Part shown: one piece after another, positions 17,560 to 25,824 of the stretch
Layout of the letters: every line of letters begins with the position of its first letter
How positions within the stretch are numbered: the first letter of the stretch is position 1
DNA from: an uncultured Ruminococcus sp.
Lineage (GTDB): Bacteria; Bacillota; Clostridia; Oscillospirales; Acutalibacteraceae
Direction: 5' to 3'
DNA length: 48,435 nt
NCBI GenBank assembly: GCA_964433515.1
Contig: CAYSRL010000001.1
Location: forward strand, 1 to 48,435
Program-made: the position numbers and the translations under genes
The notes under the pieces: model-generated
Told to the model about the DNA's origin: nothing
Database searches by the model: none
Seen by the model: only the letters and a program-made list of their open reading frames with translations

Positions 17560-18906
17560 TTACAGCAGCCGGCACAGTTCGTCCAGCCGGGTCTCGACCT
17601 GCAGAACAGCCTCCACAATGGCCGCCGCCTGCGCCTCGGTCTTGCCGCCGTACACAGCCAGCGCCGTGAACTTATCAATAGCCTCTTGGCGGGTCAACGG
17701 ATTTTCCGGCTCACCCTTGGGCAGGATGCTCTTGCCGCTGATGACCCGGCCGTCCTTAAGCACCATCTCCACGGTGGCGATGGTCTCTTGGGGGAAAGCG
17801 GCGGTCATCCCGGCGTCCTCGGTGGTGACGATCTTCTTGGTGATGGCCTGCACCTCCGGATCGTTCAAGGAATCCTCGGTGAAGGCCTCCATACCGGTGC
17901 GGCCCAGCACATAGGTCACCGCAAAGTTATAGGGAATGCTCATTTTGGCAGAGGCAGAACCCTTGATGTCGGTGTGGTCGTGCTTTTTCACCGCCAGAGC
18001 ATAGGTCTTGATGTGAATGCTCTCGATCCGGTCGGAGGGCAACGCCCCCTGCGCCCGCAGCTCCCGAGCCACGTCAATAGAAGGATGGGTATACCGGCAG
18101 GCGGCATACGGCTTGATATAGGCCTTTTGCACCGCATAAGTGCCATTCAGAAGGGGGGACACAAACTCCACATCCTCGGTGCCGTACATCTGGCACAGGA
18201 AACCCGCCATACCCGCCAGGGCGTCGTCCGCCGTGTCGAAACCGGCGGCCGCCATCTGGGTGGAGATCAACCCCAACAAGGCGGTCTTTCCCACGTTATA
18301 AGGCTTTAACTGAGAACCGTCCTCCAGCACCTTAAGGGTGCCGGTGGCGGAGGCCGCCGCCGTCGAGAAGGCGTCCTTACGCTGTTTTTCGGTATAGCCC
18401 AGCAACTCGGAAACCGCCACGGCGATGCCCAGCAGACCACAGGTGGCGGTGGCGTGATAACCCCGCTGTTTGTGGGTGGGCTGGATGGTCATCGCCATCG
18501 TGAAAGAGGTCTCGTAACCCAGCACCGCCGCCTTCAGCAGTTGCTGGCCGGTGACCGGATATTTCTGCGCCAGCGCCAACAGCACCGAGAACAAGGGCGA
18601 GCCCAAATGGATGATGCCGGCATTGGTGCCGTCGTCAAAATCCAGAGCGTGACCGTTAAGGCCGTTGAGGAACACCGCATTGTTCATACTCATCGGTATA
18701 TCCAGACCCACCGGACGAATATCCCCCTCCCGGTCGCTGAAACTCTCCACCAGGCTGTTTACCTTATCCCGGTATTCCTGCAGACCCGCCAGGGTGACGC
18801 CGATATAATCCAGCAAAGCCAGTTTGGTCCGCTCCAGAACCTCCGCCGGGATCTCCTTGGCCCTTACTTCATCTATGCGTTGCAAAAATAAATCGGTTTT
18901 GTTCAT
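17560..18906 (-). CDS. MmgE/PrpD-family protein, paralog 1
   Basis: 448 aa from MNKTDLFLQRIDEVRAKEIP. The family segment LLDYIGVTLAG...HALDFDD is present. GGTGAGG RBS precedes the ATG at 18906. The track start at 18918 is a GTG. Confidence 0.85.
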   Translation of the reverse strand: MNKTDLFLQRIDEVRAKEIPAEVLERTKLALLDYIGVTLAGLQEYRDKVNSLVESFSDREGDIRPVGLDIPMSMNNAVFLNGLNGHALDFDDGTNAGIIHLGSPLFSVLLALAQKYPVTGQQLLKAAVLGYETSFTMAMTIQPTHKQRGYHATATCGLLGIAVAVSELLGYTEKQRKDAFSTAAASATGTLKVLEDGSQLKPYNVGKTALLGLISTQMAAAGFDTADDALAGMAGFLCQMYGTEDVEFVSPLLNGTYAVQKAYIKPYAACRYTHPSIDVARELRAQGALPSDRIESIHIKTYALAVKKHDHTDIKGSASAKMSIPYNFAVTYVLGRTGMEAFTEDSLNDPEVQAITKKIVTTEDAGMTAAFPQETIATVEMVLKDGRVISGKSILPKGEPENPLTRQEAIDKFTALAVYGGKTEAQAAAIVEAVLQVETRLDELCRLL

Positions 18907-19036
18907 AAGGAACCTCACCTTTCATAATCATTTATCTATATTTTAAAATCATACCACAGCGATCTCCCCTTGGCAAGTGTTTTTTGCTAGGTTACAGCAC
19001 TATGATCGGCGCTTTTCCGGCTACACATATTACCAG

Positions 19037-19065
19037 TTGCAATTGCCGGAAAAATGTGCTATAAT
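19037..19065 (+). promoter_or_regulatory. Sigma-A promoter candidate for the small ORF at 19123
   Basis: TTGCAA (19037-19042), 17-nt spacer, TATAAT (19060-19065). Confidence 0.55.
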
Positions 19066-19122
19066 GCCTATGCAAACAGGAAATCTGTTTTGAAAAACTG
19101 ACGAGAAAGGAGTAGGCGATCT

Positions 19123-19359
19123 ATGAAAAAAATCATCTGCAAGGTCGAGTACGATACCGAGACCGCTCAGCTCATCGGCAAGGTCACCAGCGGTGAGTTC
19201 GGCGACCCCGCCGGCTATGAAGAGAGCCTGTATCTGACCGAGGACGGCAAGTATTTCATCTATGTCAACGGCGGCGCCGAGTCCATCTATCCCAAAGAGG
19301 ATATCAAGCGCCTGGCCAAGACCAAGGTCGACGAGTGGAAGGCCGAAAAAGGCATCTGA
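19123..19359 (+). CDS. Small cytoplasmic hypothetical protein
   Basis: 78 aa. AAAGGAG RBS, its own promoter and its own terminator. No family was recognised. Confidence 0.65.
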   Translation: MKKIICKVEYDTETAQLIGKVTSGEFGDPAGYEESLYLTEDGKYFIYVNGGAESIYPKEDIKRLAKTKVDEWKAEKGI

Positions 19360-19374
19360 TAAGCCTAAAGAAAA

Positions 19375-19407
19375 CAGCGCACCGACGGTTCGGTGCGCTG
19401 TTTTTTT
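19375..19407. terminator. Rho-independent terminator shared by convergent genes
   Basis: CAGCGCACCGAcggtTCGGTGCGCTG followed by TTTTTTT, with AAAA upstream. Confidence 0.8.
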
Positions 19408-19438
19408 ATTCTTTCTGGCGGATCGGCCGGTCCGGCGA

Positions 19439-20848
19439 TCAATGGGTCAGCAGCAGCATAGCCACAAACAAAGCCGCAATGACCCAGGAACTGAATTTGA
19501 TCTTTTTGATGTCGCCGCAGAACACGCTGATGGCGATATACGAAATCAGGCCAAAGGCGATGCCATAGGAAATGTTGTAGGTAAACGGCATCAGCGCCAG
19601 GGTCATAAAGGCCGGCACGGAGGTCTTGAAATCGCTCCAGTCGATGTTTTTCACCGAGGCTATCATCAAAAGACCCACGTAGATCAGTGCCGCCGCCGTA
19701 GCGCAACTGGGCACCAACTGAGCCACCGGGCTCAGGAACATAGCGATAAAGAAGAAACCGCTGCAGAACAGGGAGGTCAGGCCGGTGCGGCCGCCGGCCG
19801 CCACACCCGCATTCACCTCGCTGAAGGTGGTGACGGTGGAGGTGCCGCAGATCGCACCCACCGTGGTGGCAATGGCATCCGACAGCATACCCCGGTTCAT
19901 ATTGATGGGCTCGCCCTTTTCGTCCAGCAGATCGGCACGCTCACAGGCGGCGTACAGGGTGCCCAAGGTATCAAACATATCCACCATACAGAAAGCCAGA
20001 GCCGTGGTAACCACGGTCAGAACCAGGTTGGCGCCGCCGTGTTCCGCCACATAGGCGGAAAAATCAAAGCCGTCGGTAAACACCTTAAACAGCGACTGCT
20101 CCCCAAACTCCTGAAAAGCGGCAATGGGGCTGACAAACCGGATGTTCAGGCTCTCATAGAACCCATCCACCGTCAAGCCCAGCAGATAATACAGCGCCAT
20201 ACCGCCCAAAATGCCGAACAGCACCGCCCCACGCACCTTTTTGATGCTCATAATGACGATGGCCAAAAAGGCGCAAAGCGTGACCACCATAGGCATAATC
20301 TCACCCCAGGTGCGCCCCAACAGATTAAAGGAGCCCAGATCCACCAAGGTGGAGGGGTTATCCACCACAATGCCCGCATTCTGCAGACCCAAAAGGGCGA
20401 TAAACAAGCCGATGCCCGAGGGGATCGCCGAACGCACCGCCAACGGCAGAGAGTCAAAGATCTTTTTCCGCAGACCGGTCACGGTGAGCAGGATAAAGAC
20501 CAGCCCTTCCAAGAGCACCAACACCAGCGCATTGGCATAGGACAAGCCAAAGGTCAAGCACGCCGTATACACGAAAAAGGCGTTCAGACCCATACCGCTG
20601 GCCTGTGCCAGGGGCAGGTTAGACAGCAAGCCGCCCAAGGCGGTGCCCAGCACCGCCGAGATGCCGGTAGCAATATAAATGGCGCCGTAAGAAACGCCCA
20701 GCGGGTTCGACCCATCGTTTAAGGGGTCGGCGAACATATTGGCGTTGACCATCAGAATGTACACCATCGAAAAGAAGGTGGTCATTCCGGCGATCAATTC
20801 GGTTTTTACCGTGGTGTTTCGTTCCTTCAACTTGAAAAATCGTTCCAT
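19439..20848 (-). CDS. NCS2/AzgA-family purine permease (PbuG/PbuO-like adenine/guanine/hypoxanthine transporter)
   Basis: 469 aa. The N-terminus MERFFKLKERNTTVKTELIAGMTTFFSMVYILMVN matches the PbuG/AzgA signature. AAAGGAG RBS. Confidence 0.9.
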   Translation of the reverse strand: MERFFKLKERNTTVKTELIAGMTTFFSMVYILMVNANMFADPLNDGSNPLGVSYGAIYIATGISAVLGTALGGLLSNLPLAQASGMGLNAFFVYTACLTFGLSYANALVLVLLEGLVFILLTVTGLRKKIFDSLPLAVRSAIPSGIGLFIALLGLQNAGIVVDNPSTLVDLGSFNLLGRTWGEIMPMVVTLCAFLAIVIMSIKKVRGAVLFGILGGMALYYLLGLTVDGFYESLNIRFVSPIAAFQEFGEQSLFKVFTDGFDFSAYVAEHGGANLVLTVVTTALAFCMVDMFDTLGTLYAACERADLLDEKGEPINMNRGMLSDAIATTVGAICGTSTVTTFSEVNAGVAAGGRTGLTSLFCSGFFFIAMFLSPVAQLVPSCATAAALIYVGLLMIASVKNIDWSDFKTSVPAFMTLALMPFTYNISYGIAFGLISYIAISVFCGDIKKIKFSSWVIAALFVAMLLLTH

Positions 20849-20933
20849 ATTTCTGCTCCTTTATGTTTGGGGTAGAATGCCTTTCACCTTTGGGGGATGA
20901 ACGCAAGGGTTCCACACGCTGTTCAAGGGGTCG

Positions 20934-21902
20934 TTACTCATAAAAAGTGAGACTTCCTTGGACACGAATCATTTTTACAAAATTGTATTTTGCCATCGTG
21001 CAACTGCCTGTCGTTTTCCCTCCGTCGCCAAGAGAAAAAGAAAGATAACTTTCAAATGCTCCACCGGTAAGAGTTGCTGTATGCTCGTCAAAATAGTCCT
21101 TTTGGTCAACAACCGTGTATGTCTGGTTTTGAACATCATAGGTCACGTCACAATGGCTTTGATTGAGCAAATATTCACAAGCAACCGTTGCACTACATTT
21201 ATCGGCATATTCACTTTTGATATTAAAACTGCATCGAATGCCAAAAAATTTTGTCGGTTCGCCAAAAGCGTTTTCCTGCCAATCCGCCCACTCATACACC
21301 TCAAAGTATTCATCCCAATTATCCAACGTTATAGCAATTTCCTTTGGTTGACTCCGCTCCGTTTTTGTACTTGAAACATTGGCCGTAATGGTTGTGGTTT
21401 CTGTTGTGGTAGTAATGGTCGTTGCCTTAGTTGTCGTCCTCTCGTCAGTGCTCGAAATATTGCTCTCTGCTTGCGTGTCGCCTATGGTGACATCAGCTGT
21501 ATCAACATATTCTTTCTCTTTGACAACAAAATCTTCTGACCTGTAATAGATTTCCGTGGAATACTTTAAGATGGGTTTTCCGTCCTCTTCCGCTATTTCT
21601 AAAACTCCACTCGCCTTGTTGCTGTCAAGTGTAAAAACGATTTGGCCAAGGTCGGTAACGTACTCCCATTTTGCGCTTTCACCTTTGTAAACACACGTGC
21701 CATCCTCCAGCAAAGTAATCGTTGCAACTTGATAAAGAATCTCGTTATCGATACGAGATTTTATAGCGTTGGCTTTCCATTCTCCCACATAGGCAAAACC
21801 CGATTGTTTATGACTGCTATCGCCTCTTGACGCATAATCACAAGCCGTAACCGAAAGCAACAGCATAACAGCCACGAATATCAGCACAATCCGTCTTCTC
21901 AT
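20934..21902 (-). CDS. Hypothetical lipoprotein with a Thr-rich linker
   Basis: 322 aa. Lipobox LLSVTAC. Central low-complexity linker TTTKATTITTTTETTTITANVSS. Clearly AT-richer than flanking genes by eye. Confidence 0.7.
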   Translation of the reverse strand: MRRRIVLIFVAVMLLLSVTACDYASRGDSSHKQSGFAYVGEWKANAIKSRIDNEILYQVATITLLEDGTCVYKGESAKWEYVTDLGQIVFTLDSNKASGVLEIAEEDGKPILKYSTEIYYRSEDFVVKEKEYVDTADVTIGDTQAESNISSTDERTTTKATTITTTTETTTITANVSSTKTERSQPKEIAITLDNWDEYFEVYEWADWQENAFGEPTKFFGIRCSFNIKSEYADKCSATVACEYLLNQSHCDVTYDVQNQTYTVVDQKDYFDEHTATLTGGAFESYLSFSLGDGGKTTGSCTMAKYNFVKMIRVQGSLTFYE

Positions 21903-22165
21903 TTTTTGCCCCCCTTGTCGTTATTTACCCAAAATGTGAAATTATCGTATCACAAATTTCAAAATAAAGCAATGGGCAGGAATCATTATACCGGAAATCT
22001 GCAACTTTTTTGTTTATCAGGGGGCACGCCACCTAACGGCGCTAACATTGGGCGATTCGTGAATCGCCCCTACGATGGCGCACCGACCCCGAGGGGAGGC
22101 AAGGGTTCGCTCCTTTTTTACCTTTCCCCGGTAGAATGGAGGTGTTTTCACGTCTAAAGGCATGG

Positions 22166-22205
22166 AAAAAGCGGCTTGAAATCAAACGATTTCAAGCCGC
22201 TTAAA
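22166..22205. terminator. Terminator hairpin, copy 1 of a 40-nt direct repeat, ending the zinc operon
   Basis: AAAAA-AGCGGCTTGAAATC-aaac-GATTTCAAGCCGCT-TAAA, a perfect 15-bp stem. On the minus strand it is followed by TTTTT. It is identical to the sequence at 26397-26438. Confidence 0.8.
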
Positions 22206-22291
22206 GCCGTTGTAAGACGGGATGTGTACACGTCGGGAACTGGTTCGCTTAGCAATCTCAGGTGGTTTCAGAAGAGCGTGCCCAGCACCCT

Positions 22292-22774
22292 CTACACTTC
22301 CATCTTGGCGTTGATGAGTTGGCAATAGGTGTATCCGTCTTCTTCATAGGTGTCAAAGATCCCCGTAACCGTGATCACCGTATTGATCTCCGGATAGTCG
22401 TCGGGATAGGTATGATCCCCCTCCAGGACAAACTCGATGCCCTGCGAACAACACGAAGAAGCGTCCGTGACAAGGCAGGCATAATAGATCTTGCCTGTGG
22501 TCTGATCCTGATATATGCTGAAGTTGCCGCACATCTTGATCTTCTTTCCCAGATAATTCTCCGGAGAGGCCACCATATTGTATACCTCGGAATACATCAT
22601 CGTGCTGCTTAATTCCGTCAGATCCACATCATAACTCTCCTCATTGGCGGCAGGGGATGCTTCGGCATTTTCACCTTGCGGCGAGCCGTCGCTTGCAGTT
22701 CCGCAACCGGCTATGGACATCGTCATCAGCAGAGCCAACAGAACGGAAAGAACCTGTTTCATTTTCAGTTTCAT
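22292..22774 (-). CDS. Cys-rich lipoprotein of unknown function, last gene of the zinc-uptake operon
   Basis: 160 aa. Lipobox SIAGC. Cysteines occur in KMCGNF, YYACLVTDASSCCSQG and YTYCQL. AAGGAGG RBS. The start overlaps the znuB stop codon. Confidence 0.75.
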   Translation of the reverse strand: MKLKMKQVLSVLLALLMTMSIAGCGTASDGSPQGENAEASPAANEESYDVDLTELSSTMMYSEVYNMVASPENYLGKKIKMCGNFSIYQDQTTGKIYYACLVTDASSCCSQGIEFVLEGDHTYPDDYPEINTVITVTGIFDTYEEDGYTYCQLINAKMEV

Positions 22775-23628
22775 TTTCTAACGCCTCCTTTGATCATACG
22801 GATAAGGGTAAACGCACCGAACACGGCAAGGTCCGCAACCACAATGGTGGAGCCCACCGGCGTGCCCGCAAGAACAGACACCAGGATGCCGATAAACGAG
22901 CAACAGACCGACGTGATGGCCGCACAGAGCGTTACGCCCTTAAAACTCTTACACACACGCATTGCCGAAAGCGCCGGAAACACGACAAGCGCAGAAATAA
23001 GAAGAGAGCCCACCAGATTCATCGCCAATACGATAACCACCGCAATGACGGTCGCCAGCAAAAAGTTGTAGAACCGGACCTGTATTCCGGTTGCCTGCGA
23101 AAATCCTGCGTCAAAGGTGATGCAGAAGATCTTGTTGTAACACAGGGCGAATACGACGACGACGGCTATGGACAATCCGGCGCACAACCACACCTCTGTT
23201 TCGGTCAAGGTCAGAATGGAGGTGGACCCAAACAGAGTCGTACACACGTCCCCTGCCACATTTCCGGAGGGCGAAGGGAAAATGCTCATCAGCATATATC
23301 CCACCGCAAGCGCCGACACCGAGATCATAGCAACGGCGGCGTCCCCCTTGACTTTAGCGTTCTGGCCGGTACACAAGAGCAAAATGGCGCAAAGGACGGT
23401 GACCGGCAATGCCACGACCATTTCATTGGTCAAACCGACCACGGCCGCCACAGACATCGCCCCAAAAGCCACGTGGGAAAGGCCGTCCCCGATAAAGGAA
23501 AAGCGTTTCAGCACCAACGTGACGCCAAGCAAGGCGGAACACAGCGAGATCAGAACGCCTACCACCAAAGCGTATCTTACAAACGGAAACTCCATATAGA
23601 GAGCAAGTTTCTCAAACAAGGCGCTCAT
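22771..23628 (-). CDS. znuB: Metal (Zn/Mn) ABC transporter permease, ABC-3 family
   Basis: 285 aa with 8-9 TM segments. Typical ABC-3 layout. Overlaps the ATPase gene by 4 nt. Confidence 0.85.
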   Translation of the reverse strand: MSALFEKLALYMEFPFVRYALVVGVLISLCSALLGVTLVLKRFSFIGDGLSHVAFGAMSVAAVVGLTNEMVVALPVTVLCAILLLCTGQNAKVKGDAAVAMISVSALAVGYMLMSIFPSPSGNVAGDVCTTLFGSTSILTLTETEVWLCAGLSIAVVVVFALCYNKIFCITFDAGFSQATGIQVRFYNFLLATVIAVVIVLAMNLVGSLLISALVVFPALSAMRVCKSFKGVTLCAAITSVCCSFIGILVSVLAGTPVGSTIVVADLAVFGAFTLIRMIKGGVRK

Positions 23629-24338
23629 TCCCCCTCACCCCCTTTGGCAGGAGCAAGACCCTTGGCAATATCGCTTGCCAAATAGTCGGCCTTTGTCCCG
23701 AAGAACAGGTCTTTGCCGACGTATAAGATATGGCTTGCATAGGTGATGGCGGCCTGTAGATCGTGTGAGATCATAATGACCGTGATGCCGTCTTTTTTGT
23801 TCAGGTTTTCAATGAGTTGATACATTTCAAGGGTCACTTTCGGATCCAGCCCCGAAACCGGCTCGTCCAAAAGCAACAGTTTTCCGGTCGCACATAACGC
23901 CCGGGCCAGCAGCACCCTCTGTTGCTGACCGCCGGAAAGATCCCGGTAACAGCGTTTTTGAAGCTGTAATATGTTCATCTTTTCCATCGCCTCATAGGCA
24001 AGCGCTTTTTCGCCCTTATTGTAGAAAGGGCGTGGGCCGCACCGCCCCTGGCAGCCGGAAAGCACGATCTCATAAACGGATGCGGGAAAATCCTTTTGCA
24101 CCACCGTCTGCTGCGGAAGATAGCCGATCTCATTTTGCCTCAGTCCGTCCCCCATCTCCACGGTGCCGCTTATGGGCTTGTGAAGTCCCAAAAGGGTCTT
24201 CATCAAAGTGGTTTTTCCGCTTCCGTTTTCTCCGATAATGCACAGATACTCCCCCGCACGTACAGAGAAACTGAGATCTTTCAGGATCTCCTTCCCATCA
24301 TAGCCGAGGGATACATTTTGACAAATCAGTTGTGCCAT
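23625..24338 (-). CDS. znuC: Metal ABC transporter ATP-binding protein
   Basis: 237 aa. Walker A GENGSGKTT, signature LSGGQQQR, Walker B LLLLDEP. Confidence 0.9.
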   Translation of the reverse strand: MAQLICQNVSLGYDGKEILKDLSFSVRAGEYLCIIGENGSGKTTLMKTLLGLHKPISGTVEMGDGLRQNEIGYLPQQTVVQKDFPASVYEIVLSGCQGRCGPRPFYNKGEKALAYEAMEKMNILQLQKRCYRDLSGGQQQRVLLARALCATGKLLLLDEPVSGLDPKVTLEMYQLIENLNKKDGITVIMISHDLQAAITYASHILYVGKDLFFGTKADYLASDIAKGLAPAKGGEGE

Positions 24339-24350
24339 AGTTCTTTCTCC

Positions 24351-25322
24351 TTACTCCAACGCTTCCTTCAACAACTGGAGATTGCTTTCCATCACCGAGA
24401 GATAGGTGGTGCCGTTGTCCGCATCCTTTGCGGTTATCGTCTGCATCGAATCCAAAACCAGTATTTTTGCATTTTTCGCCGTGCTTGTGCTGATGACGGT
24501 CTGGGCAATGTCTGCATCAGAACCTTTCAGCGTGAGCACCGAGGTAAGACCCAGTTCGTCCACCTTTTCCACGAGAAAGACAATGGTCTCAAAACTTGCC
24601 TCGCTCTCGGCGGAGCAACCGGCAAAAGCGGCGTAATAGTCCAGTCCGTAGTCATCAACGAGATAGCGGAAAGGGAAACGGTCCGCAAACAGGAGCGTAT
24701 TCGTCGAAGCCGCAGAAACCGCTTGCGCATATTCCGCATCAAGAGCCGTTAATTTTTGGCAATAGGCTTCCGTGTTGGCGGTATAAATATCCGCATTTTC
24801 CGGATCCAGGCCACAAAGTTGTCCGCTGATGGCTTGGCAGATGGTTTGCGCATTCCTGAGCGAAAGCCAGACGTGCTCATCCATTTCGTGTTGCTCCTCG
24901 TGCTCTTCTCCCGGATGTTCTTGGTGCTCCATACCCTCAACGATCTCTTCCTCCTTGACCGCATTGCCGAGCACGTCCAAAAGATTGATAACGACCCTGT
25001 CCTCGTTTGTCCCCTGAGCGAGAACGGCGTCCACCCATTCGTCCGATTCTCCGCCCACATACACAAACATATCGCAAGCGGATATGGTAACGATATCGTC
25101 CGCCGTCGGCTGATAACTGTGAAGATCCACGCCGTTATCCAGCAACAGGGTGACCTCTGCCTGTTCCATCCGATCGCCGAGAATCTGTTTTACCCAGTCG
25201 TATTCAGGAAAAATGGTTGTAACGATCGACAATTTGCCGTCAGAACGGCCTGCCGCTCCGCACCCGCTCAGCACACCGGCAAACAGACAGAGGGCGGTCA
25301 GCATACTAATCATCTTTTTCAT
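24351..25322 (-). CDS. znuA: Zinc ABC transporter substrate-binding lipoprotein (cluster A-I, ZnuA/AdcA-like)
   Basis: 323 aa. Lipobox LSGC. Contains a His/Glu-rich loop EGMEHQEHPGEEHEEQHEMDEH, characteristic of zinc-specific ZnuA proteins. Confidence 0.85.
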   Translation of the reverse strand: MKKMISMLTALCLFAGVLSGCGAAGRSDGKLSIVTTIFPEYDWVKQILGDRMEQAEVTLLLDNGVDLHSYQPTADDIVTISACDMFVYVGGESDEWVDAVLAQGTNEDRVVINLLDVLGNAVKEEEIVEGMEHQEHPGEEHEEQHEMDEHVWLSLRNAQTICQAISGQLCGLDPENADIYTANTEAYCQKLTALDAEYAQAVSAASTNTLLFADRFPFRYLVDDYGLDYYAAFAGCSAESEASFETIVFLVEKVDELGLTSVLTLKGSDADIAQTVISTSTAKNAKILVLDSMQTITAKDADNGTTYLSVMESNLQLLKEALE

Positions 25323-25429
25323 AAAAATAAAAACCTCCGAATTAAAAATAGATCACTGTTTTAGAACCGTCACGAGGGCGGTCTGACGGGGCGCACACCC
25401 CGTTACCACCCCCAAAAAGGCGCAAAAAT

Positions 25430-25492
25430 ACAAGGGATACGGCAACCGCCGCAACGCCCCCATTCGGGAAAATGGGTAGACTTATCCCTTGT
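25430..25492 (-). terminator. Long stem-loop plus T-run after the small membrane protein gene, a possible terminator or attenuator ahead of znuA
   Basis: Minus strand: ACAAGGGATA...(internal hairpin CCCATT-cgggaa-AATGGG)...TATCCCTTGT followed by ATTTTT. Confidence 0.4.
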
Positions 25493-25506
25493 GCAACAGC
25501 ATCTAT

Positions 25507-25803
25507 TTAATTCAGAAGTTCTACTTTAAGCGCAACAAGACTGCCCTGCAACATAGGCCGTGCAAAGCAGCAGATACATAGATAAACGGTATGTGTCAGC
25601 ACAATGGCAAAGGCCATTGCGAGGATACCGGCGGTAAGCGCTCTGAGGATCTGTCGGGCGGACTCCGTCTGCTGACAGACCGGACAGTCGATGCCGATAC
25701 ATTCGTGTTCTGCGTCGTGCGTGATCACGCTCACGGAAAGCGCCATGGCAAAGAAAACCGCAATCGCCAGAATCAATGTGAGTATAGTCTTTTTCTTTGT
25801 CAT
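25507..25803 (-). CDS. Small two-TM membrane protein with a His/Cys cluster, unknown function
   Basis: 98 aa. Between the TM helices lies HDAEHECIGIDCPVCQQ (H-x3-H-x-C-x4-C-x2-C). A second cluster, CICC, lies in TM2. AAGGAGG RBS. Starts 21 nt downstream of zur. Confidence 0.75.
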   Translation of the reverse strand: MTKKKTILTLILAIAVFFAMALSVSVITHDAEHECIGIDCPVCQQTESARQILRALTAGILAMAFAIVLTHTVYLCICCFARPMLQGSLVALKVELLN

Positions 25804-25824
25804 TTCGCTTTCCTCCTTTCGGTC

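Noticed and set aside
17544-17678. A 45-codon N-terminal extension of the second PrpD-like ORF (MISSRRWLCTAARPRRRRRP...).
   Set aside because: The extension overlaps the end of the upstream paralog in another frame and is Arg/Cys-rich. The conserved family N-terminus starts at the ATG at 17543, which has an AAGGAG RBS.
16188-18906. Annotating the PrpD-like pair as 2-methylcitrate dehydratase of propionate catabolism.
   Set aside because: No prpB, prpC or acn partner lies in the operon or nearby, and the family is functionally diverse. The genes are kept at the family level only.
20849-20933. A possible purine riboswitch in the leader of the purine permease gene.
   Set aside because: The leader is only ~85 nt. 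Read on the minus strand, I cannot find the conserved three-way junction or loop motifs (UAUAAU..., ...CCGUAAAU...) of guanine/adenine riboswitches.
21990-22135. A tRNA-like or tRNA-fragment appearance (GGTTCG..., short GC stems) that could mark an integration site.
   Set aside because: I could not fold a cloverleaf. There is no acceptor stem, anticodon arm or proper T-loop (GGTTCGAATCC).
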